This document shows, piece by piece, positions 19,722 to 27,551 of a stretch of DNA of 52,526 nt. Source of the stretch: an uncultured Clostridia bacterium (lineage in GTDB: Bacteria; Bacillota; Clostridia; Christensenellales; Aristaeellaceae). The first letter of the stretch is position 1; every line of letters starts with the position of its first letter. The notes beneath the pieces are model-generated. The model did no database searches, was not told the DNA's origin, and saw nothing but the letters and a program-made list of their open reading frames with translations. The stretch covers positions 1 through 52,526 of the forward strand of contig CALGYL010000180.1 in NCBI GenBank assembly GCA_937934775.1. The letters are read 5' to 3'. The position numbers were made by a program, and so were the translations under genes.

Positions 19722-20381
19722 TCAGCGTCCGTTTCGATTGATTACCTTGAGAATATCCTTATGTTCTCCGGCTACGATGATGTGCTCATGCGCCGTAAAT
19801 AGATGTTCGGCGCTGGTCATCGGCAGGATGTGCTTATTGTCAACGCGTATGCCGATGACGTTTATCCGATGCTCCGTGCGGACTTTCAGGTCGCGCAGGT
19901 TCTTCCCGACCCAGTCTGAAGGCGGCACAACCTCCATGATGGCATATTCGGGAGACAATTCAATATAGTCGAAGGCGCCGTGCGCGGAGAATCGGGCCGC
20001 GGTACGCCAGGCCATGTCTCGCTCCGGAGAGACCACATCGTCCGCGCCGATCTTTTTGAGCAGCCCCGCATGGATTTCCCGGTCCGCTTTCGCGACCACA
20101 TGCTTGGCGCCCTGCTCCTTAAGGAGCGAGGTAATCTCCATCGACGATTGGAAATTGTCGCTGATGCACACGAAGCACACGTCAAAATTCCGGACCCCCA
20201 ACTCGCACAGCACATCTTTGTCCATGCAATCGCCGATCTGCACCCTCGTGACAAACGGCTCCAGGCTATGCAATGCATCCTCATCCATGTCCACCAACAT
20301 GACTTCGTTGCCCAACTCGGTCAGCCTGGCCGCCAGATTTTTCCCAAAGATCCCTGCGCCAATGACCAGCATAGATCTCAT
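19722..20381 (-). CDS. trkA: TrkA/KtrA-family potassium uptake protein (RCK/NAD-binding)
   Basis: 219-aa ORF with an N-terminal Rossmann motif (VIGAGIFG). Confidence 0.9.
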   Translation of the reverse strand: MRSMLVIGAGIFGKNLAARLTELGNEVMLVDMDEDALHSLEPFVTRVQIGDCMDKDVLCELGVRNFDVCFVCISDNFQSSMEITSLLKEQGAKHVVAKADREIHAGLLKKIGADDVVSPERDMAWRTAARFSAHGAFDYIELSPEYAIMEVVPPSDWVGKNLRDLKVRTEHRINVIGIRVDNKHILPMTSAEHLFTAHEHIIVAGEHKDILKVINRNGR

Positions 20382-20405
20382 GATTCGTTTCTTCCCTTCC
20401 AGGTG

Positions 20406-21737
20406 TTACCCGACGATTATTTTACCCACCGGATTCTTCAGCTTCGATCCAAGGCTGGCTCTCGCAACCGCCAGAAATACGGTAAGGCTTCCAACGCGCC
20501 CCGCGTACATCAGCGCAATCAGCACGGATTTCGAAAGCGGCGGCAGACCGGCTGTGATTCCGGTGGTAAGTCCGACGGTACCGATGGCCGACAGGCATTC
20601 GAACGCTGCAGCCGTGAGCGTAACGCCCTCCGCGCAGAGTATCAGTACGCCGCCGATTGTCAGTAAAAGATAGATCGCCACGCCGGTATAGGCGCGCCGC
20701 AGCGTTTCGGCATCGATGCGGTGACGCCACATGGAAACGTCTTCCTGATTGCGAAAAGAGGCGAATACCGTCGCCGTGATGACCGCCAGCGTCGTCACCT
20801 TGACGCCGCCGCCCGTGCTGCCCGGCGCCGCGCCAATGAACATCAGAAGCATCGTCACGAATTTTCCGCCGTCCGATAGGGCGGCGATGTCCACCGTATT
20901 AAAGCCGGCGGTCCGGGGTGTCACCGACTGAAAAAACGCATTGAGCGCCTGATTCCCGGCGCTCATCCCCGAAAGCACCCCGTTTCGCTCGAAAAACCAG
21001 AGTATCAGCATTCCGCCCAGTATGAGCACCAGCGTTGAACACAGCACCGCGCGGGTATGCATTTTCAGCTTTCCGAAACGGAACCTGCCGTCCACAAGGT
21101 CGCTCCACACCATAAACCCGATACCGCCGATGATGATCAAAAAGGCGATGGTCAGGACCACCAAAGGGTCTCCTGAGAAGTCGACCAGAGAGGAGAGCGG
21201 CTGCCGAATGCCCATCAGATCAAACCCGGCGTTGCAGAAGGCGGATACCGAATGAAACACGCTGAACCAGATGCCCCGTTTGATGCCAAAGAGCGGAACA
21301 AACCGGATCGCCAGCAGCGCCACGCCCGAACCTTCAATGATCGCGGTTCCAATCAACGTGCGCCGGACGAGGCGCACGACGCCGCCGACCTGCGTCGAAC
21401 TGATCGCCTCCGCCAGCAGCGAACGCTCACGCAGACCGATACGCCGTCCCACCGCGAGCGAAAAAAGGATCGCGACGGTCATAAAGCCAAGCCCACCGAT
21501 CTGGATCAGCAGAAGGATTACCCCCTGCCCAAAAAACGTAAACTGCGACCATGTGTCTGCGACGACCAAGCCTGTCACGCAAGTGGCTGAAGTGGCGGTA
21601 AACAACGCGTCTAGAAAGGAAATCCCCTGTCCTCCCCGGCTGGCGATGGGCAGCCAAAGGAGAATGCCACCAAATAGGATCATCAGCGCAAATCCAACCG
21701 CGAGGATCCGCGTCGCGCTCCAGTGCTTTTCAAGCAT
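20406..21737 (-). CDS. trkH: TrkH/KtrB-family potassium transporter
   Basis: 443-aa polytopic membrane ORF with repeated selectivity-filter-like segments (CNAGF, TAGFN, GSTGGGVK, GTVGL) typical of Trk/Ktr channels. Immediately upstream of trkA. Confidence 0.9.
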   Translation of the reverse strand: MLEKHWSATRILAVGFALMILFGGILLWLPIASRGGQGISFLDALFTATSATCVTGLVVADTWSQFTFFGQGVILLLIQIGGLGFMTVAILFSLAVGRRIGLRERSLLAEAISSTQVGGVVRLVRRTLIGTAIIEGSGVALLAIRFVPLFGIKRGIWFSVFHSVSAFCNAGFDLMGIRQPLSSLVDFSGDPLVVLTIAFLIIIGGIGFMVWSDLVDGRFRFGKLKMHTRAVLCSTLVLILGGMLILWFFERNGVLSGMSAGNQALNAFFQSVTPRTAGFNTVDIAALSDGGKFVTMLLMFIGAAPGSTGGGVKVTTLAVITATVFASFRNQEDVSMWRHRIDAETLRRAYTGVAIYLLLTIGGVLILCAEGVTLTAAAFECLSAIGTVGLTTGITAGLPPLSKSVLIALMYAGRVGSLTVFLAVARASLGSKLKNPVGKIIVG

Positions 21738-22196
21738 CCGTCGTCATCTCCATAACCCTCAAGCACCAGATGCCCGTCGACATCGATACCCTTAACAGGA
21801 TTTTTACCTTTCGGCGCATGAGTATGGCCCGCGCATTCACGGCGCATCAAAAACCACTCTGCGCGTCTCATCCCAAACCATAAAACAGTCTTCCGGGCAA
21901 GTTCACTGTCTCTGCGTTTGCACATTGTCCGGGGCCGCTTGCCTCGGCTGCCGAACCGCAGCCCAATTTCTGACGCCCACCGATGCAAAACCACAAGTTT
22001 CGAATGAATTTGAATTGTTGCATTATGCATTTTAGCATATCGGCCCGAATCGGCAAGGCATTGTTGTGGATTCACCGGTGTTATATTTTCATGAAGCGCG
22101 ACTTTTGCCTGATTATAGCCATTTTTTAGCAAAAAGGCTGCTACAACCAATGCTTATCCCTCTCCGAACCAGCGAATTATTTCGAATTAATGTACA

Positions 22197-22225
22197 TTGA
22201 CAATCGCTTCAACAAGTTGTATAAT
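22197..22225 (+). promoter_or_regulatory. consensus sigma-A promoter upstream of oadG/oadB-like genes
   Basis: TTGACA (22197-22202), 17 nt, TATAAT (22220-22225). A leader of about 135 nt follows before the ATG at 22365. Confidence 0.55.
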
Positions 22226-22364
22226 GCACACGTTTTTTATGATATCGGTCGGCGGGAGACAACCAAATCCTTTAGGCTCTCTGTCTTATATTTGGATTCA
22301 CCGTACCCTTGCGGGTGTGATACTTTTCGTCTATACAAGATGATTTAAGGAGAGGGAGAGGACA

Positions 22365-22496
22365 ATGGGATTCGGAGAAGGTGTCCTGGTGGCTCTGTTT
22401 GTGATGTCTCTGGTATTTGTACTTCTGGCGGTGATTTACGCACTGGTCAAACTGGTTTCGACGGTCATTCAACGCTACTTCAGCAAGGCTGCCTAG
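22365..22496 (+). CDS. small membrane protein, OadG-like gamma subunit of a Na+-translocating decarboxylase
   Basis: 43-codon ORF below the track cutoff: MGFGEGVLVALFVMSLVFVLLAVIYALVKLVSTVIQRYFSKAA. The RBS AAGGAGAGGGAGAGG is upstream. A single TM helix directly ahead of the beta subunit matches the usual OadG/MmdD arrangement. Confidence 0.6.
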   Translation: MGFGEGVLVALFVMSLVFVLLAVIYALVKLVSTVIQRYFSKAA

Positions 22497-22536
22497 GCAA
22501 AAACGTGCGGCGCGCGCCGCGGAAAGGACAGAAGTC

Positions 22537-23682
22537 ATGTTTGCACACGCGCTTCAAAAAATTCTGACGGATTCGGGATTCGCAGCGCTAACCTGGCAGC
22601 ATCTGCTCATGATCACGATTTCCTGCGTGCTGATCTACCTCGCGATCGGGAAGAAATTCGAACCCCTGCTGCTGCTGCCAATCTCATTTGGCATGCTGCT
22701 GGCGAATCTGCCGCTTGCAAACCTCATGGGAGCACCTAGCGGGGAAGAAGCAGGCGGGCTGCTCTACTACCTGTACCAGGGCGTGAAACTGGGCATCTAC
22801 CCATCGCTGATCTTCCTGGGGATCGGCGCGATGACCGACTTTGGGCCGCTGCTGGCACGGCCTTCGAGCCTTTTCATGGGCGCGGGCGCGCAGTTCGGCA
22901 TCGTGGTGGCGTTCCTGATCGCGCTGCTCCTCGGCTTCAATCCGAAGGAAGCCTCCTCCATCGGCATCATTGGCGGCGCGGACGGCCCGACCGCCATCTA
23001 CCTGACCACGCGGCTTGCGCCGCACCTCCTGCCCGCGATCGCGATCGCGGCCTACTCCTACATGGCGCTGATCCCGCTGATTCAGCCGCCGCTGATGCGC
23101 CTTCTGACCACGCAAAAAGAGCGCGAGATCAAGATGGAGCAAATGCGCGATGTCTCCAAACTCGAGAAAATCTGCTTCCCGATCGTGGTGACGGTGTTCT
23201 GCACGCTGCTTCTGCCCGCGGTCGCGCCACTGATCGGCATGCTGATGCTGGGCAACCTCTTCCGGGAATCGGGTGTGGCGGAACGGCTCTCCTCCACCGC
23301 GCAGAACGCGCTGATCAACATCGTGACCATCTTCCTGGGCGTCACCGTCGGCGCGACCGCGAAGGCCGAGACCTTCCTGGACATTCATACCCTTGCGATC
23401 ATTTTCTTAGGCCTCGTGGCATTTATGTTCAGCACGGTGGGCGGGCTTCTTCTGGGCAAGCTGATGTGCTGGCTGTCCGGCGGCAAGGTAAACCCCCTGA
23501 TTGGCTCGGCAGGCGTTTCCGCGGTGCCGATGGCCGCCCGCGTGTCGCAGATCGAGGGCCAGAAGGCGAACCCCGGCAACTACCTTCTAATGTACGCGAT
23601 GGGACCCAACGTGGCGGGCGTAATCGGCTCCGCCATCGCGGCGGGCGTGCTGCTGTCGCTGTTCCAAAACTGGGTGGGCTGA
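22537..23682 (+). CDS. oadB: Na+-translocating decarboxylase beta subunit (OadB/MmdB/GcdB family)
   Basis: 381-aa polytopic ORF with sequence character typical of OadB-family proteins (…FEPLLLLPISFGMLLANLP…, …GIIGGADGPTAIY…). Confidence 0.85.
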   Translation: MFAHALQKILTDSGFAALTWQHLLMITISCVLIYLAIGKKFEPLLLLPISFGMLLANLPLANLMGAPSGEEAGGLLYYLYQGVKLGIYPSLIFLGIGAMTDFGPLLARPSSLFMGAGAQFGIVVAFLIALLLGFNPKEASSIGIIGGADGPTAIYLTTRLAPHLLPAIAIAAYSYMALIPLIQPPLMRLLTTQKEREIKMEQMRDVSKLEKICFPIVVTVFCTLLLPAVAPLIGMLMLGNLFRESGVAERLSSTAQNALINIVTIFLGVTVGATAKAETFLDIHTLAIIFLGLVAFMFSTVGGLLLGKLMCWLSGGKVNPLIGSAGVSAVPMAARVSQIEGQKANPGNYLLMYAMGPNVAGVIGSAIAAGVLLSLFQNWVG

Positions 23683-24165
23683 CAAAGGCGGTTTTCGATA
23701 CGGCAGGGACTTTCCAGTCCCTGTTCCGAAGCCTTCCCCCCGGCAGGCCGCCGGTTATCACCGCGGCCTGAATAGACGCATTGGAACCGCGGTCACACTT
23801 CATGGGGCGATGGAATCTCGCATCTCCGGCATCATCTCCGCCCCTTGTGCCACCGCCGCCGCGCCGTCCGAAGTGATTATTTCCCTTACGGATCATCCGG
23901 AAGCCTTGGCAAATGCGCATACCGCAAGCATAATGCTCCCAGATCGGCAAGAAGCCAGTTTTCGGAACGCTGAAGCGTTTGCCCGTCCGGCATGTGCCCC
24001 AACGCGAATGTATGTTTATAAGGGGCTGTCGCGCGAATGAAAAACCGAACAAGAAACCGACCTTCTGTGCGCTCACAAAGGTCGGTTTCCTGTACAAACT
24101 GACTCTAAAAATCATTAGCGCGACAGCCGCCGGACCATCGGCAAAACCTCGTTCTGCTTCATTCC

Positions 24166-24190
24166 CTTCCGGCGACCCGTGCGCCGGAAG
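24166..24190. repeat. REP-like GC hairpin, copy 3 of 3
   Basis: CTTCCGGCG-ACCCGTG-CGCCGGAAG with the same left flank (…CTCGTTCTGCTTCATT…) as copy 2. Confidence 0.65.
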
Positions 24191-24240
24191 CGTGTTTCAC
24201 CAGCAGCAACACACACTGGTGGTAGAAACAGCATTAGGGT

Positions 24241-24393
24241 AATACCGCACAAATGAGGTGGTGTGATGGGGCGCGGATTTTTTGTCAAATGCAAGAGCAA
24301 ATGTTGAAGGTTTACTGGCGGTAAATCAAGATGTTTGCAAGCGGCAGATGGTGGAAAATCAGCCGTCAGCGCGCCGCCGAATTGTGCGGTATT
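24241..24393. repeat. nested palindromic element bounded by a 12-bp perfect inverted repeat
   Basis: AATACCGCACAA (24241-24252) and TTGTGCGGTATT (24382-24393). The interior GGATTTTTTGTCAAATGCAAGAGC loosely resembles the MITE core. It interrupts a repeat unit that is uninterrupted at 19380-19530. Confidence 0.5.
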
Positions 24394-24537
24394 GCCTTAG
24401 CATTCGGTGTGTCCCCAGAAACCCCGCAGAATTTCAGGCGCGTGCAGAACTACCCCCTCGCATCAAAATGCCAAATGGGGTTTTCAATACCCAGGGGACG
24501 GCGTAAGCCGCCCCCTGGGCGAATGGGCGGCGCGCTG

Positions 24538-25155
24538 CTAGATGGTGTATTCGATGGCGCTCGCGTCCCTTCGGGTTTCGGGGTTGAAGATCAGCACGCA
24601 TTCTCGCTTCTCCACCGGCCCCAGGTTGTAATGGCCCGTGTCCTCGCTGTTGAAGACATCCCAGTGGATTTTTCGGTTTGCGCGGTCCGGCTGATCCGGG
24701 ACGTTGACGATTCCGGCATTCTTGAAATCGTGGGGCCAGAAATAAGGATCGAAAGCCTCGATGGTCTCGCCTTTTGCGCCTGTCAAAAGGATGTAATGCC
24801 CGCAGTCCAGCATCACCCGCAAAACCGCCGCGCCGCCCTGCTGCAGCGCGGCGACAATCCGGCTGTTCTGCCCCATGAAGACCTCCTCCGGCGCGAGCAC
24901 TTCGCAGCGGACGGGCCATTTTTTCATCCGCCCATACTGGTTGAGCCAGTTGGCCAAAAACGTCATCGCGATGGCGCTGGTGCCTTCCTTGCACGCCTCG
25001 CCGTCGCAGTTATAGCAGTCCATAGAGTACAGGTTGATGAATTTAATGATCTCCGGATGAATGTCCTTCCGGTCATACAGGAAGCTCACGGCGTTTCTCA
25101 GCGCGGTCGGCCCGCAGTCGAACTCCGTCGCCTGATAGCTCAGCGGATTGCGCAT
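24538..25155 (-). CDS. C39-like (papain-fold) cysteine peptidase domain protein
   Basis: 205-aa ORF. The N-terminal QATEFDCGPTAL resembles the Q…CG catalytic-Cys motif of peptidase C39-like domains, and a later CGHYILL is a candidate catalytic His. No signal peptide and no ABC-exporter fusion. Confidence 0.6.
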   Translation of the reverse strand: MRNPLSYQATEFDCGPTALRNAVSFLYDRKDIHPEIIKFINLYSMDCYNCDGEACKEGTSAIAMTFLANWLNQYGRMKKWPVRCEVLAPEEVFMGQNSRIVAALQQGGAAVLRVMLDCGHYILLTGAKGETIEAFDPYFWPHDFKNAGIVNVPDQPDRANRKIHWDVFNSEDTGHYNLGPVEKRECVLIFNPETRRDASAIEYTI

Positions 25156-25268
25156 GACTTAACACTTCTTTTCCCATTGGTATTATGGTAATTATCCGGC
25201 ATTATACGGGATCGCTCCTCGCTCGTCAAGACCGTTCCGCATACGGAATTATTAAATTCCTTCCGCAG

Positions 25269-25297
25269 TTGACATGGGACGGAACGCGGCGTATAAT
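25269..25297 (+). promoter_or_regulatory. consensus sigma-A promoter of the metC-like/cysK-like pair
   Basis: TTGACA (25269-25274), 17 nt, TATAAT (25292-25297). Confidence 0.55.
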
Positions 25298-25343
25298 TAT
25301 ATCATAGTATTCAGATATGAAAAAAGATATTGGAGCGATGCAC

Positions 25344-26498
25344 ATGAGCGAATGGACTTTGGAATCCAAACTCATCCACGCGGGGCTGGACGGCGATCCG
25401 GCGACCGGTGCGGTCAACGTGCCGATCTACCAGACCTCCACATACCGTCAGACGGAGTTGGGCGGACACCCGGCCTGGGAGTACTCCCGTACCGGCAACC
25501 CTACCCGCGCGGCGCTGGAAAAGCTGATTTCAGACCTCGAAGGCGGCGACCGGGGCTTCGCATTCGCCGGCATGGCGGCCATCGGCGCGGTGCTCATGCT
25601 TCTGAACGCGGGCGACCGCGTACTGGTGCCGGGGAACGTCTACGGCGGCACATACCGGATTTTGGACAAAGTGTTCAGCCGTTTCGGGCTGACCTATTCT
25701 CTGGTGGACGCGTCCGACCCTGCGAAACTGGAGAAGGAAATCCCCGGCGATGCGAAGATGCTGTTGGTGGAGAGCCCCGCGAACCCGCTGATGACGGTGG
25801 CGGACCTCCGCGCGCTGGCCGGGGTTTCCAAGCGCAAGGGGCTTCTCATGGCGGTAGACAATACATTCCTGACGCCTTACTACCAGCGACCCATCGAGCT
25901 TGGCGCGGACATCGTGCTCCACAGCGCCACCAAGTATCTGGGCGGGCACTCGGATCTCATCGCGGGTCTCGCGGTGGTCAAAGACCCGGCGCTCGCGGAA
26001 AAACTGGCCTTCATCCAGAACGCCACCGGCGGCATCCTGCAGCCGTTTGATTCGTTCCTTCTGATCCGCGGCATGAAAACGCTGGGCGTGCGCATGGAGC
26101 GGCACACGGAAAACGCGCTGTACACCGCGGAAATGCTTTCCAGGCACCCGGCGATAAAAAAGGTGTACCACCCGGGCCTTCCGACGGACCCCGGGTATGA
26201 AATCCAGAAGCGGCAGGCGTCCGGCACGGGCGGCGTCTTCTCCTTCGAACTGAAGGAGGGGTACGACGTGGGGAAGGTTCTCGCGTCGGTCAGGCTGATC
26301 GCGCTGGCGGAGAGCCTGGGCGGCGTGGAATCCCTTGTGTGCCACCCGGCGACGATGACCCACGCGTCCATCCCGGAGGAAATCCGGCGGCATCTCGGCA
26401 TCACCGACAGGCTGATTCGGCTCTCCGCGGGCATCGAGCATAAAGAGGACATCGCGCGGGACCTTCTGGCCGCGCTGGAAGCGGGAAAGGAGCATTGA
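25344..26498 (+). CDS. Cys/Met-metabolism PLP-dependent enzyme (cystathionine beta-lyase / gamma-synthase family)
   Basis: Family signatures …VNVPIYQTSTY… and …SATKYLGGHSD… (PLP lysine). The track start is 25317; ATG 25344 has better spacing from GGAG. Confidence 0.85.
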   Translation: MSEWTLESKLIHAGLDGDPATGAVNVPIYQTSTYRQTELGGHPAWEYSRTGNPTRAALEKLISDLEGGDRGFAFAGMAAIGAVLMLLNAGDRVLVPGNVYGGTYRILDKVFSRFGLTYSLVDASDPAKLEKEIPGDAKMLLVESPANPLMTVADLRALAGVSKRKGLLMAVDNTFLTPYYQRPIELGADIVLHSATKYLGGHSDLIAGLAVVKDPALAEKLAFIQNATGGILQPFDSFLLIRGMKTLGVRMERHTENALYTAEMLSRHPAIKKVYHPGLPTDPGYEIQKRQASGTGGVFSFELKEGYDVGKVLASVRLIALAESLGGVESLVCHPATMTHASIPEEIRRHLGITDRLIRLSAGIEHKEDIARDLLAALEAGKEH

Positions 26499-26500
26499 GC

Positions 26501-27442
26501 ATGCGGTATTATGACGGCGTCAAGGCACTGATCGGCAACACCCCTCTGGTGAAGCTAAACCACGTCGGCGCGCCGGAGGGCGCGAACCTGTTCGCGAAGC
26601 TGGAACTGTGGAACCCCGGCGGCAGCGTCAAGGACCGGATCGGCCTGAAGATGCTCGAAGCCGCGGAAAACAGCGGGCAGCTGAAACCCGGCGGCGCGAT
26701 CATCGAAGCCACCGCCGGGAATACCGGCCTGGGCATCGCGATCGCGGCGCTCAACCGGGGATACCGGGTTGTCTTCATTGTACCCACCAAGTTCTCCGTC
26801 GAAAAGCAGACGCTGCTCCGCGCGCTGGGCGCGGAAGTCGTAAACACCCCGCGGGAGGGCGGCATGCTGGGCGCGGCGGAGGAGGCGGAGCGGCTGAGGC
26901 GGCTGATTCCCGGCGCGGTTTCCATGAAGCAGTTTGAAAACCCAGCAAACCCGCTCGCCCACTACGAGGGCACCGGCCCGGAGATTTGGGATGCGCTGGA
27001 TGGACAGGTAGATTACCTCGTGGCGGGCGCAGGCAGCGGCGGCACGTTCACCGGCGCGGTGCGCTATCTCAAAGAGCGAAATCCCGGCGTTCAGGGCGTG
27101 CTCGCCGACCCGGACGGCTCCACGATGGGCGGCGGCAAAACGCATTGCTACGAGATGGAAGGCATTGGCAACGACTTCATCCCTGTTACGATGGACATGA
27201 CGCTGGTGGATCGGGTGATCAAGGTGACCGACGAGCAGGCGTTCTCCGGCGCGCGGCGGCTCGCGTCGCGGGAGGGCATCTTTGCGGGTTCGTCTTCGGG
27301 CGCGGCGCTGTCGGCCGCGCTGGAACTGGCCCGGTCCGGCGCAAAGGGCAACATCGCGCTGATCCTCCCCGACCGCGGCGACCGTTACTTCTCCAAGGGA
27401 TTGTATTTGGCGCCGGACACGGCTGGACGGGAAGAATTGTAA
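26501..27442 (+). CDS. cysK: cysteine synthase / O-acetylserine sulfhydrylase family PLP enzyme
   Basis: …IGNTPLVKLN…NPGGSVKDRI… and …GAGSGGTFTG… are typical of the CysK/CBS fold-type II family. RBS GGGAAAGGAG. The metC-like stop overlaps the upstream TTG. Confidence 0.85.
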   Translation: MRYYDGVKALIGNTPLVKLNHVGAPEGANLFAKLELWNPGGSVKDRIGLKMLEAAENSGQLKPGGAIIEATAGNTGLGIAIAALNRGYRVVFIVPTKFSVEKQTLLRALGAEVVNTPREGGMLGAAEEAERLRRLIPGAVSMKQFENPANPLAHYEGTGPEIWDALDGQVDYLVAGAGSGGTFTGAVRYLKERNPGVQGVLADPDGSTMGGGKTHCYEMEGIGNDFIPVTMDMTLVDRVIKVTDEQAFSGARRLASREGIFAGSSSGAALSAALELARSGAKGNIALILPDRGDRYFSKGLYLAPDTAGREEL

Positions 27443-27458
27443 ATTTCCCGAACGCCGC

Positions 27459-27488
27459 TTGACATGAGGCTTGACCCGATGCTATACT
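27459..27488 (+). promoter_or_regulatory. candidate sigma-A promoter of the nitrogenase-like operon
   Basis: TTGACA (27459-27464), 18 nt, TATACT (27483-27488), 17 nt after the cysK stop. Confidence 0.45.
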
Positions 27489-27551
27489 CTTCTCAACGAA
27501 AATCCATTATAACATATAGGAATTATCAAGATTGATTTGGGGGCGATAACC

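Noticed and set aside
21683-22150. A 155-aa minus-strand ORF overlapping the trkH start and leader.
   Set aside because: It overlaps the 5' end of trkH, has no RBS and has atypical composition. It spans repeat fragments and the lower-GC leader.
23429-24115. A 228-aa minus-strand ORF and a 76-aa plus-strand ORF (23810-24040) in the oadB-downstream gap.
   Set aside because: The first largely overlaps oadB antisense and is Arg/Gly/Pro-rich. The second lacks an RBS and runs through repeat hairpins.
7761-24525. A CRISPR array, suggested by the recurring GC-rich palindromic repeats.
   Set aside because: The copies are kilobases apart in separate intergenic regions. They are not regularly spaced with unique spacers, and no cas genes are present.
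24538-25155. A bacteriocin or quorum-peptide processing locus, suggested by the C39-like peptidase.
   Set aside because: There is no fused or adjacent ABC exporter, no double-glycine leader peptide ORF and no immunity or modification genes nearby. I kept it only as a stand-alone peptidase.
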